Position numbers and translations under genes: made by a program
Shown here: one piece after another, positions 18,441-26,704 of the stretch
Layout: each line of letters starts with the position of its first letter
Position numbering within the stretch: position 1 is the first letter of the stretch
Notes under the pieces: generated by a model
The model's database searches: none
What the model was told of the DNA's origin: nothing
What the model saw: the letters and a program-made list of their open reading frames with translations, nothing else
Origin: Candidatus Thorarchaeota archaeon
GTDB taxonomy: Archaea; Asgardarchaeota; Heimdallarchaeia; Hodarchaeales; Hodarchaeaceae
Direction: 5' to 3'
Assembly (NCBI GenBank): GCA_048882505.1
Contig: JBHLRO010000023.1
Location: 11,130-43,129, forward strand
Length of the DNA stretch: 32,000 nucleotides

Positions 18441-19766
18441 ATGGCAAACCTAATCGGTATCAGACGAGAAGATAAAAACAAGTGGGAAAGAAGAACACCC
18501 ATTGTCCCAAATGACGTGAAAACACTAATAGAAGAGCAAGATTTGGATTTCGTAATCCAGTCATCCACAATAAGGGCATACACTGATGATGATTATAGAA
18601 GAACAGGCGGCCGAATTTCATCCTCTATGGATGATGCAAATGTCATCTTTGCGATCAAGGAAATCCCAATCCCTCTTTTGGAACCTGAGAAAACCTATAT
18701 CTTCTTTTCACACACGATTAAGGGCCAAAAAGGCAACATGCCTATGTTACGGCACATTCTCGACACGAAGGCCACTTTGATTGACTATGAGAAGATTGTA
18801 GATGAAAGAGGGTTTCGTCTTATTTATTTTGGAAATTATGCAGGGTACGCAGGGATGATCGAAACATTATGGGGATTTGGACAACGTATCAAGGTAAAAA
18901 AGGGGCTCGAAACTCCTTTTCTGAAGTTACGCCATACCTACGAGTATGGGGGTCTTGAAATCGCAAAGGAAGCGGTTTCTAGGCTTGCTAACCAGATTAA
19001 GGAAGAAGGGATAGATGCCGACCTAATTCCTTTGGTCATTGGATTTGCAGGATATGGAAATGTGTCCCAAGGCGCACAAGCTATTTTGGATCTCTTTCCC
19101 GTTATTGAAATCCAACCTATCGAACTGCAGGATTTCTTCTTAAAGGGTGAGTTCTCATCAAATCACTTGTACAAGGTTGTTTTCAAGGAAGAACACATGG
19201 TTACACCTAGGGGCGATTTTCCCTTTAATCTCCAGGATTATTATACCTACGGACGGGAGAAATATCAAGGAATGTTTCACGAATATTTCCCCTATCTATC
19301 AATTCTGATTAATGGCATTTATTGGTCCGATAAATACCCCAGATTATTAACAAGAAACTTTCTAAAGGATCTGTTTTCCTCCAAGCGGGATATAAGATTA
19401 CAAGTAATCGGTGATATTTCTTGTGACATCGAGGGAGGGATAGAGGCAACCGTAACAACAACAAAGCCAGATAATCCGTTTTTTGTGTACAATCCAATTA
19501 CCGGTGAAGCCAAATTGGGTTTGGAGGGAGACGGGATACCCATCATGGCAGTCGATAATCTTCCATGTGAGCTCCCTCATGAATCTTCCACCAATTTTTC
19601 CAAAACTCTAAAACCATTTATCCCCATTATCTCTTCTGCGGATTACACCAAACCATTTGATGCCTTGGATTTACCCCCAGTAATCAAGGATGCGATTATT
19701 GTTCACCAGGGTCGTTTAACTCCAAGGTATGCCTATTTGGAAGAAAACCTCTCTCAAATAAAGTAA
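18441..19766 (+). CDS. Lysine-ketoglutarate reductase / saccharopine dehydrogenase (lysine-forming) domain protein, AASS N-terminal-like (AlaDH/PNT family)
   Basis: IGIRREDKNKWERRTP, FFSHTIKGQ..NMPML, LIDYEKI, FG.YAG.AG, GYGNVSQGA, NGIYW...YPRL, GDISCD..G and MAVDNLPCELP. A GGTGG RBS precedes the ATG at 18441, so the 26 upstream codons in the track are probably not translated. Confidence 0.88.
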   Translation: MANLIGIRREDKNKWERRTPIVPNDVKTLIEEQDLDFVIQSSTIRAYTDDDYRRTGGRISSSMDDANVIFAIKEIPIPLLEPEKTYIFFSHTIKGQKGNMPMLRHILDTKATLIDYEKIVDERGFRLIYFGNYAGYAGMIETLWGFGQRIKVKKGLETPFLKLRHTYEYGGLEIAKEAVSRLANQIKEEGIDADLIPLVIGFAGYGNVSQGAQAILDLFPVIEIQPIELQDFFLKGEFSSNHLYKVVFKEEHMVTPRGDFPFNLQDYYTYGREKYQGMFHEYFPYLSILINGIYWSDKYPRLLTRNFLKDLFSSKRDIRLQVIGDISCDIEGGIEATVTTTKPDNPFFVYNPITGEAKLGLEGDGIPIMAVDNLPCELPHESSTNFSKTLKPFIPIISSADYTKPFDALDLPPVIKDAIIVHQGRLTPRYAYLEENLSQIK

Positions 19767-19900
19767 GGTTACTATAATAGTTATGATGTAGTGAAAAAAA
19801 CTTCTTTTACTTGTTGGAAAGTTCGATTTTCGTAAATAGCAGTAAATTGACTATACGAGATTTGGTATTTGTTTCAGATGTGTTTTAATATAAGATATAG

Positions 19901-21244
19901 GTGAAGAAGATGAAACATGTATTAGTTTTAGGAGCAGGAATGGTAGCTGGCCCACATATTCGCTACCTTTTAGACCATGGATTACACGTTACAGTTGCGA
20001 GTCGAACATTGACAAAAGCGGAAGCTCTGGTAGGTGATCATCCCAATGGGGTTGCTAAAAAGTTTGATATCACGAAGGATGCTGATAAATTAGACCCCCT
20101 AGTTCAGGAATGCGATCTCGCTGTATCTCTTTTGCCTTATATTTATCATGTACAGGTAGCAAAAGTTTGTCTCAAATATAAGAAACACATGGTAACCACC
20201 TCATATGTATCGCCCGAGATGAAAGCATTAGATTCTGAAGCCCGTGCGGCAGGGGTGATATTATTGAATGAGATCGGAGTCGATCCAGGTATCGATCATA
20301 TGAGTGCTCAACAAATTATTGACCGGGTTCACGATCAAGGGGGGAAAATCCTCTCATTCAAATCCTATTGTGGCGGTCTGCCCGCTCCCGAGGCCAATAC
20401 GAATCCGTGGGGTTATAAATTGAGCTGGAGTCCTCGCGGGGTTATCCTCGCAGGTAGAAATGCCGCAAAGTACAAAGAGGACAGCAACATTGTTGATATT
20501 CCTGGAGAGGATCTCTTTGACCAGAATTTTCCCTATCCTGTTGATGGAGTTGAAGGGGAGTATGAAGCATATCCTAATAGAGATTCTACACCATATCTAA
20601 ACATCTATCAGATTCCAGAGGCCGAAACGATTTTTCGAGGTACAATTCGAAACGCGGGTTGGTCGAGAGCCCTTAAGAAGGTGGCTGAAATCGGGTACAT
20701 GGATATAGAGGAACGAGAATATCCCCCTGGATTCACTTATGCTGATTTGACTGCACGCCTGCTAGGTAGTCAGGATCTTTCACAGGTAAAGTCAGATTTT
20801 ATTCAATATTTCGATCTAGATGAAGAAGATGATATAGTAAAACGATTTGAATGGATGGGTCTGTTCAATGGTGATATTCCTCTCCCAGTATCCAAAATAT
20901 CCCCTCTCGACGCGTTATGTGCACAATGGGAAAAACATCTCCAGTATGAGGAGGATGAACGAGACATGTTGCTACTTATCCATGAATTCGAATACGAATT
21001 ACCTTCAGGGAAAGAGCGGCTAACTGCAACAATGGTAGACTTTGGGCAACAGGATAAGGGAGGTGATAGCTCAATGAGCCGCACTGTTGGCTATCCAGCC
21101 GCAATAGCGGTTCGATTAATATTAGAGGGCAAAATCACTGATACTGGTGTTCTAATACCCGTTAAACGTAGTATCTATGAACCTGTTCTCGCTGAGCTCC
21201 ATGAAATGGGTATCGGATTTAGTGAAAAAAGTGAAAAAATGTGA
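19901..21244 (+). CDS. Saccharopine dehydrogenase (glutamate-forming; Lys9/AASS C-terminal-like)
   Basis: VLVLGAGMV, VSLLPY..H, TTSYVSPEM, NEIGVDPGIDHM, SYCGGLPAPE, YKLSWSPRG, EAYPNRDS, RGTIR and MSRTVGYP. Confidence 0.92.
   Translation: MKKMKHVLVLGAGMVAGPHIRYLLDHGLHVTVASRTLTKAEALVGDHPNGVAKKFDITKDADKLDPLVQECDLAVSLLPYIYHVQVAKVCLKYKKHMVTTSYVSPEMKALDSEARAAGVILLNEIGVDPGIDHMSAQQIIDRVHDQGGKILSFKSYCGGLPAPEANTNPWGYKLSWSPRGVILAGRNAAKYKEDSNIVDIPGEDLFDQNFPYPVDGVEGEYEAYPNRDSTPYLNIYQIPEAETIFRGTIRNAGWSRALKKVAEIGYMDIEEREYPPGFTYADLTARLLGSQDLSQVKSDFIQYFDLDEEDDIVKRFEWMGLFNGDIPLPVSKISPLDALCAQWEKHLQYEEDERDMLLLIHEFEYELPSGKERLTATMVDFGQQDKGGDSSMSRTVGYPAAIAVRLILEGKITDTGVLIPVKRSIYEPVLAELHEMGIGFSEKSEKM
20196..20226 (+). 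repeat. 31-bp direct repeat, copy 1 (inside the SDH gene)
   Basis: CCACCTCATATGTATCGCCCGAGATGAAAGC is identical to 31970-32000. Confidence 0.95.
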
Positions 21245-21254
21245 TGCCCTCCAT

Positions 21255-21276
21255 TCAACCAGGTTGATTTCTTTTT
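21255..21276 (+). terminator. Possible terminator after SDH (short palindrome plus T-tract)
   Basis: TCAACC-A-GGTTGA followed by TTTCTTTTT, starting 10 nt after the SDH stop. Confidence 0.3.
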
Positions 21277-21398
21277 GGCTCACGATAAGTTGCAAACAGT
21301 TCTCCAACCCTCGTATTACATTGAGGGATCAACAGCTAATGATCTTGGATTGGCAGAGTGGCGAGCTTTACTGCTGGGTACATATATAATGTGTTTTC

Positions 21399-21683
21399 TC
21401 ATTGAACTAGCAGGTTTAGACAGGGGAGAAGACACGAGGTACTATCTGCAATGCAAACTTTTAAGAGGGGAATCTTACCCATTCCTAGGTCATATATTAC
21501 CACAGATTGGAGCAAGTGAATAGATTGGGTAAGAGTACCCATTCCTAGATCATATATTACCGCCAGATCGATTTCGCGTAGATCCGCTTCGATCTGTCTC
21601 CAGGCGGCCGTTGGAGTCTTGGCAGTCGTCACGATGTAAATGTGACAGTGTGACGTTTCAATCTCGAGTTTCCAGTCTTTCAT
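21399..21683 (-). CDS. Orphan ORF C; probably truncated, with only ~41 codons GC-rich before it reads into the repeats
   Basis: Its ATG overlaps the ORF B stop (ATGA). After ...LREIDLA it reads through the two 26-bp repeats, giving VIYDLGMG twice. Confidence 0.35.
   Translation of the reverse strand: MKDWKLEIETSHCHIYIVTTAKTPTAAWRQIEADLREIDLAVIYDLGMGTLTQSIHLLQSVVIYDLGMGKIPLLKVCIADSTSCLLPCLNLLVQ
21476..21561. repeat. Two 26-bp direct repeats, period 60 bp, unique 34-bp spacer
   Basis: TACCCATTCCTAGGTCATATATTACC (21476-21501) and TACCCATTCCTAGATCATATATTACC (21536-21561) differ at one position. Confidence 0.9.
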
Positions 21684-22285
21684 GGTCTGTCATCATCCCC
21701 GTGGGCGAGAAATGCTCGCAAGGACGTTTGGATGGGGGGCAAGGGTCTTCGGCCAAAGGGCGTTTGAGGGGTCTTCCAGTCCTCCTGCTTGAGTTGCTTT
21801 ATGATGGAGCGCAGAATCGCTTCAACGTGTGGTAAGATTGGGCTCCGAGGCAAACAATCGTGAGCCAGACATCGGCGGGTGGCCGTGACAAGCCCTCGCA
21901 GGGCGGTCAAAATCACGGGGTAATCAGGCCGTGGGTGTTGGCGGGGATCTGGGAGGGGGTCGCCCCACACCTCATGGTCGAAAATGCACCTGCCCCACCA
22001 CTTGATATAGCGGATCAGTTTCCCGAATTCCATTAGCGCTGTGAAGAGCGTGTGATCTAGCGTCTGGAATAATCTGAGGAGGGATTGGTCTTGGGGGTGG
22101 TACTGGATGTCCTTCTTCAGGTGGTGTTTCAGGCCCAGAATCGGCGCTTTCACCAGTTCGGCCATGTCCCCGATCCACCACGACCACAGATACCCGAGTT
22201 TTGCGCGCTCCTGCTTGTTCAGGCGGGGAAGGGAGCGCGGGGATGAAGTATCATCAAACTGATGGGATTGGTGTTGGGCGGTCAT
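21680..22285 (-). CDS. Orphan ORF B (201 aa, helical, W/H/P-rich), unknown function
   Basis: It has ATGA overlaps with ORF A (22282-22285) and ORF C (21680-21683). No recognisable motif. Confidence 0.65.
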   Translation of the reverse strand: MTAQHQSHQFDDTSSPRSLPRLNKQERAKLGYLWSWWIGDMAELVKAPILGLKHHLKKDIQYHPQDQSLLRLFQTLDHTLFTALMEFGKLIRYIKWWGRCIFDHEVWGDPLPDPRQHPRPDYPVILTALRGLVTATRRCLAHDCLPRSPILPHVEAILRSIIKQLKQEDWKTPQTPFGRRPLPPIQTSLRAFLAHGDDDRP

Positions 22286-22884
22286 ATGTCTGGCTCCATA
22301 TCCTCTTCCTCTTGGTCTTCCTCCTCCTCATCTCCGTACTTCAGGTGTACCGTCTGGATGGCGACCCAGTAGATCGGGTCTCTCCCAGGGAAAGGGGTGG
22401 CTAGGTACTCCGAGGGGGTTCCCTCGTATTGTGTGAATCGTACCTCGGGGATTTCTCGTTCCGAAACACTAATCATGGGGATTAGGGTTTCTTGGGGGGG
22501 CCACGCGGTAAATTCCCCTATTCCCAGGGACACATAGATACTCGGGGTTTCAATTTTGGGATGGCTTCGCACAATGTTCGTAACAATCGACTGAAACCGT
22601 GCATAATGATCGGGTCTGTGATAGCTCGAGCGGTACACCTCACATACTGCCTGTACCACCTCATGGAGGTAGACGGGTTCATCAGGTGTCCGTCCGTAGT
22701 GAGCCCCCTCGGAGTCGGCCCTCAGGTAGGCCGCACAATAGCGAAACTCGGTCTGGAGGAGGAACCGGATCAACCCCACGATTTGTGCTTCGACGTCGGT
22801 GTACCCCCTTTGCTTCCGCTCGAGTACCTGGAGAAACGTTTCAAACGTGGTCGGGCGCGGTCTCTTCTGTGGGGGGGGTGGCAA
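22282..22884 (-). CDS. Orphan ORF A (200 aa; basic Pro-rich N-terminus, acidic tail), possibly 5'-truncated
   Basis: An open frame from the TTG at 22884 ends in DEEEEDQEEEDMEPDI, and its stop overlaps the ORF B start (ATGA). No ATG occurs in the first ~135 codons. Confidence 0.6.
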   Translation of the reverse strand: MPPPPQKRPRPTTFETFLQVLERKQRGYTDVEAQIVGLIRFLLQTEFRYCAAYLRADSEGAHYGRTPDEPVYLHEVVQAVCEVYRSSYHRPDHYARFQSIVTNIVRSHPKIETPSIYVSLGIGEFTAWPPQETLIPMISVSEREIPEVRFTQYEGTPSEYLATPFPGRDPIYWVAIQTVHLKYGDEEEEDQEEEDMEPDI

Positions 22885-22887
22885 GAC

Positions 22888-25800
22888 TTGAACAGAAAGA
22901 AAGTCTTCCTATTTGCTACCGGATTACTGATTTTGCTGATGGCCTCGATATTAACACCAATTACCCCCCTTTTAACAGGTTTTAAATTTACAACCCATTC
23001 TAACGTTCTGGATTTTTCCCCACGTTTTTCCACAACTAAGGTGGATAATATTAACATAAACCTAATTTCTCCACGGAATAACACCATCCACAAGGGAGGA
23101 ACAGTCATAAATATCGAATTCTTGGACGAAAATGAGAGCGTTATTCAACCAGTTACTGAACTTTATAAATGGGACAATTCCCCTAATTTTGAATCGATTT
23201 TAAGACCTCTCCCTATGAGTGACGGCATTCATCATCTTTATGTGGATGTTGAGGACGTTGGTGGAACATGGTTTGACGCTCATTTTGTATTTTATAGTGA
23301 CAATATTGCTCCGACAATCACTCTGCTTTCACCAGAGAACGGCACTACAAGCATGTCCAATGGAAATAAACAACATTGGGATTCGTCATTTGCTAGTGGC
23401 AGTTTGAACGCGATAATCAGTGAAGACGTCAATGGCGATAAGAATCCTGATGTCTTAGTGGGTGGATCTGCCCGTAGGGTCTATGCTTTTGATGGATTTA
23501 CTGGACAGAACGAGTGGCAAACCGTCGAATTTCCAACTCAAATAAAGCACATGGAGAATCTTGACCCCTCATCATTCCTTATTGGTTTAAGCGCTGGAGA
23601 AGTATATCTCCTATCTACCGATTTCGGCACCACATTAGCAAGCAATTCGTTAAAAACCTCTAACATCGTCGGAATCCGATACGACAGCAATGCTCAGAGA
23701 ATAATTGTACTACATGACACCATTTTGAGATTATTTGACAACTCCCTGAACGAACTCTGGTACGAGAATTTTAGCTCTAGCGAAACTCACAAGATCATTG
23801 TTTTGGGGGATATTAACTCTGATGCAGTCGATGATATCATCATAATTAACCAGAGCTCTTTCGTCCGTATATATAACCAGTCTAATGGTGTTGAACTAAC
23901 TAGTTACATGCTAAGTCCCAATCTTGAAAGCGTCAGTGTCGAATCACCTTGGCTGTTCGGGTCTTTTTCAAACGGTTTTGTGAGAAGATATTCAATAACC
24001 ACTGGTATTATGGACTGGGAAAGCCAGGTGGAGGCGGGACAGGTGATTTGGAAAGTAGAAAAATTTGGAAGTAATTTGATTTGTACCTCGGGATCAGGAA
24101 GAATATCTAAATTGTCTGAAACTGGGACTCTAATACATTCCACCCCAGTTTCTACCTCTTTCATTAAGATGTTTAGTTTGTTTGATTTTGATACTGACAC
24201 AGACGTAGAAATTTATTCCATCGATGGTATCGGGAATGTTGCCAATACCGATCTCCTCACTGGCAATAACTCCTGGAATGGTACAATAGGAGAACCTATT
24301 ACAGATTTCGTTGTTAGCGATATTACCAACGATACATTGCAAGATCTTATCCTTGTATCTAGCGCTGGAACAGTTTTCGCCGTGGATCCGAGAGCTCATA
24401 TACCTAAGCTCGTTCCCACATGGACAAATGTATCTTTATCGTTTAATGATGCTATTACGGGGAATAAAACGCTTTGGGAGAATTATTCTTGGGATAAAAC
24501 CCCAAACTCGAGTACATTGGCAAGTATCCCAGGGCCAAGCGGTATTCACACTCTAGAAGTGTGGGCCTCGGATAATGCAAGCAATATTGCTTACAAGAAA
24601 TACCAATTTTTCTCCGTAATAAACCTACGGCTCAATTCACCCGTTAATGATTCCTATCAACAAGGCAATACCCCAATCAACATTACCCTGAGTGAGGTTC
24701 CTCTCCAACAGACATACTTGTGGGATGGGGGTTCAACCACGGGCAATCCTACTCCGCTGCCTAACTCCGAAACTACTCATACCTTATACATCTATTTAAA
24801 GGATCAATCTCAAAATATCAGAACATTTAGCTTAAGATATATCACAGACAACACCCCGATCTCTTCAATTGCTTTAACTTATCCCGTGAATGATTCCGTT
24901 GTTGAGGGAGGAGAGACCCCAACAATTCAATTTAGCGAAACACCATTTATTCAACTTTATAACTGGAACGGAGGTACGAATTCCACAGTCTTGGCGGATA
25001 TTCCCAGTGATAGTGATACTCATACCCTAAATGTTTTCGTTGCGGATGAAGCCCTTAATTGGAAAACCGCCCTCTATGTTTTTCACACCAAAATTCAAAT
25101 CGAACTAATGTCCCACACGAACAACACAGTAGTCAATCCGAACTCTTTATTCAATTTTACATTCGGAGAAATACCAGATGTTTGCCAATATGAGATAGAT
25201 GGATCAGGTATTAATACTATAGTATTATCTAATACCTCCATAATAATAGTGACTCCTTCTAATAGCATTACTCACACACTAATGATCCGGCTAAACGATA
25301 GCGTGAACGGTAGGTGGAATGTGGAGAATTACACCTTCAAAACTCGAATCTCTGTGAATATGACCTCACATACCAATGGCAGTTTTGCGGAAACAGGGGA
25401 TTCCATCGATATCACTTTCAGTGATCCTCCCGTGACGAAACTCTTCTCATGGGATGGTTTAAAGAATTCGAGTCGTCTTCCCGTTGTTCCCTCTCCTGAC
25501 GGAGCACATTACCTAGATATCTATGTCGGGAATATCGAAGGAGACTTTTGGCACTATCATTTTGAACTCACTGTGGATACGGATCTAATCGATATTATCC
25601 TCATTACCCCTGTCAACAATTCGCGGATCAATTCCTGGTCGAATATTTCCTTCCTTTTTAGTGAGACCCCAGTCCAAACACTCTATCAATGGGATAATGC
25701 CACTCCCACTACTAGTTATACTGATCCCCTTTCCGTTGATGGGACCCACATTCTAAATATTTCTGTATTTGATTCAGCGAGTAACATGAATTCCATGGTT

Positions 25801-26676
25801 TTTTCCTGGATTATAGATGATACTCCCATCGACATAAGTCTTAATCTCCTGAACAACAATAGCATTGTGTACAGCGGGGAACATCTCAACATAACATTTA
25901 GTGAGAACCCTATTCTTTCTTGGTATTCTTGGGATTCCGTTATTTATTCGCCAGACCTCCAGCCTGTACCATGGAAAAATGGCACCCGTCAATTAAATGT
26001 CACAGCTTTTGATGGATTAAATTGGAATACTCAGCTTTTCAATCTCACAATCGTTGACAACCCTCCACTAGTGACCATTATCGATTCTGATAGGCCATAT
26101 TTACCGAATTCACCACTTTTTGTTGAAATTAATGAGAATTACTCTGATAGTTGGCATCAATGGGGGGTTGATCCTCCCATACAAGGCTTAAGTATCCTTA
26201 CTCCACAAAATGAGGGAATTCACAATCTTACTGTCCATGTGGTTGACTTGGGCGAGTCTTTTACAGATCTGTCGGTATCGATTCATGTTGACGCCACTCC
26301 CATTTCCATTCTGAATATCAACCCAATTAATAACTCAAATGTAGAGGGAGGAGAGGCCGTGAATATATCCTTCTCTGAAATACCATTTTCTGTAACTTAT
26401 TCCTGGAATGGAGCGGAGAGATCTGAGAATTTGACCGCTATCCCCACCCTCGTAGGTGAACCGTTGATTTTAAACATAATTGCGTTTGACGAGGCAGGTA
26501 ATGCCATGAACGTTAATGTGTTCTACAAAATCCCCTCAGATTTGGAACGCGGTACCCCTCTCTTATTAGTAGGGGGCTTTATATTTTTTGATCTTGCAAT
26601 TCTTGGGTATATTTTTCGAGGAAGAATATCTAATGACATGAAGAAGGCTTTGAGAATCCCTAGATTACCAGAATAA
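22888..26676 (+). CDS. Large type-I surface glycoprotein: signal peptide, ~10 Ig-like repeats, an FG-GAP/PQQ-like beta-propeller, C-terminal TM
   Basis: The likely start is the TTG at 22888 (MNRKKVFLFATGLLILLM) after a G-rich RBS-like GGGGGTGG. The ~80-aa repeats follow I.L.SP.N.S...FSE.P....Y.WD...P...G.H.L.V...D..N. Ca-loop motifs are DVNGDKNPD, DINSDAVDD, DFDTDTDVE and DITNDTLQD. The TM is LLLVGGFIFFDLAILGYIF. Confidence 0.85.
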   Translation: MNRKKVFLFATGLLILLMASILTPITPLLTGFKFTTHSNVLDFSPRFSTTKVDNININLISPRNNTIHKGGTVINIEFLDENESVIQPVTELYKWDNSPNFESILRPLPMSDGIHHLYVDVEDVGGTWFDAHFVFYSDNIAPTITLLSPENGTTSMSNGNKQHWDSSFASGSLNAIISEDVNGDKNPDVLVGGSARRVYAFDGFTGQNEWQTVEFPTQIKHMENLDPSSFLIGLSAGEVYLLSTDFGTTLASNSLKTSNIVGIRYDSNAQRIIVLHDTILRLFDNSLNELWYENFSSSETHKIIVLGDINSDAVDDIIIINQSSFVRIYNQSNGVELTSYMLSPNLESVSVESPWLFGSFSNGFVRRYSITTGIMDWESQVEAGQVIWKVEKFGSNLICTSGSGRISKLSETGTLIHSTPVSTSFIKMFSLFDFDTDTDVEIYSIDGIGNVANTDLLTGNNSWNGTIGEPITDFVVSDITNDTLQDLILVSSAGTVFAVDPRAHIPKLVPTWTNVSLSFNDAITGNKTLWENYSWDKTPNSSTLASIPGPSGIHTLEVWASDNASNIAYKKYQFFSVINLRLNSPVNDSYQQGNTPINITLSEVPLQQTYLWDGGSTTGNPTPLPNSETTHTLYIYLKDQSQNIRTFSLRYITDNTPISSIALTYPVNDSVVEGGETPTIQFSETPFIQLYNWNGGTNSTVLADIPSDSDTHTLNVFVADEALNWKTALYVFHTKIQIELMSHTNNTVVNPNSLFNFTFGEIPDVCQYEIDGSGINTIVLSNTSIIIVTPSNSITHTLMIRLNDSVNGRWNVENYTFKTRISVNMTSHTNGSFAETGDSIDITFSDPPVTKLFSWDGLKNSSRLPVVPSPDGAHYLDIYVGNIEGDFWHYHFELTVDTDLIDIILITPVNNSRINSWSNISFLFSETPVQTLYQWDNATPTTSYTDPLSVDGTHILNISVFDSASNMNSMVFSWIIDDTPIDISLNLLNNNSIVYSGEHLNITFSENPILSWYSWDSVIYSPDLQPVPWKNGTRQLNVTAFDGLNWNTQLFNLTIVDNPPLVTIIDSDRPYLPNSPLFVEINENYSDSWHQWGVDPPIQGLSILTPQNEGIHNLTVHVVDLGESFTDLSVSIHVDATPISILNINPINNSNVEGGEAVNISFSEIPFSVTYSWNGAERSENLTAIPTLVGEPLILNIIAFDEAGNAMNVNVFYKIPSDLERGTPLLLVGGFIFFDLAILGYIFRGRISNDMKKALRIPRLPE

Positions 26677-26704
26677 TTGACAACCAGCTTAGAATGTGTG
26701 ATGG

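Larger units (their letters stand above)
21562..22884 (-). mobile_element. Candidate foreign (virus/plasmid-derived) GC-rich insert carrying a three-ORF operon
   Basis: Hand-counted G+C is 36/60 (21721-21780), 39/60 (21901-21960) and 35/60 (22741-22800), versus 23/60 (21181-21240) and 21/60 (22981-23040) in the flanks. The edges are abrupt and there are two ATGA overlaps. No mobility gene was recognised. Confidence 0.55.

Noticed and set aside
19764-19903. Readthrough fusion of LKR and SDH into one AASS-like protein
   Set aside because: The TAA stop and the SDH start are 137 nt apart (out of frame), the spacer is AT-rich, and no recoding signal was seen.
21476-21561. CRISPR array call
   Set aside because: There are only two repeats, no cas genes, no recognisable leader and no typical repeat terminus such as GAAAC or ATTGAAAG. 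It is kept as a plain repeat.
22492-22887. First 132 codons of the 1394-aa ORF in the track
   Set aside because: This is the antisense shadow of GC-rich ORF A. A canonical signal peptide with an RBS-like run starts at the TTG at 22888.
2410-26676. vWA protein plus FG-GAP protein as a true integrin alpha/beta pair
   Set aside because: The genes are ~18 kb apart and unlinked, there are no PSI/EGF Cys-rich domains or NPxY motifs, and both domain types are common in prokaryotes.
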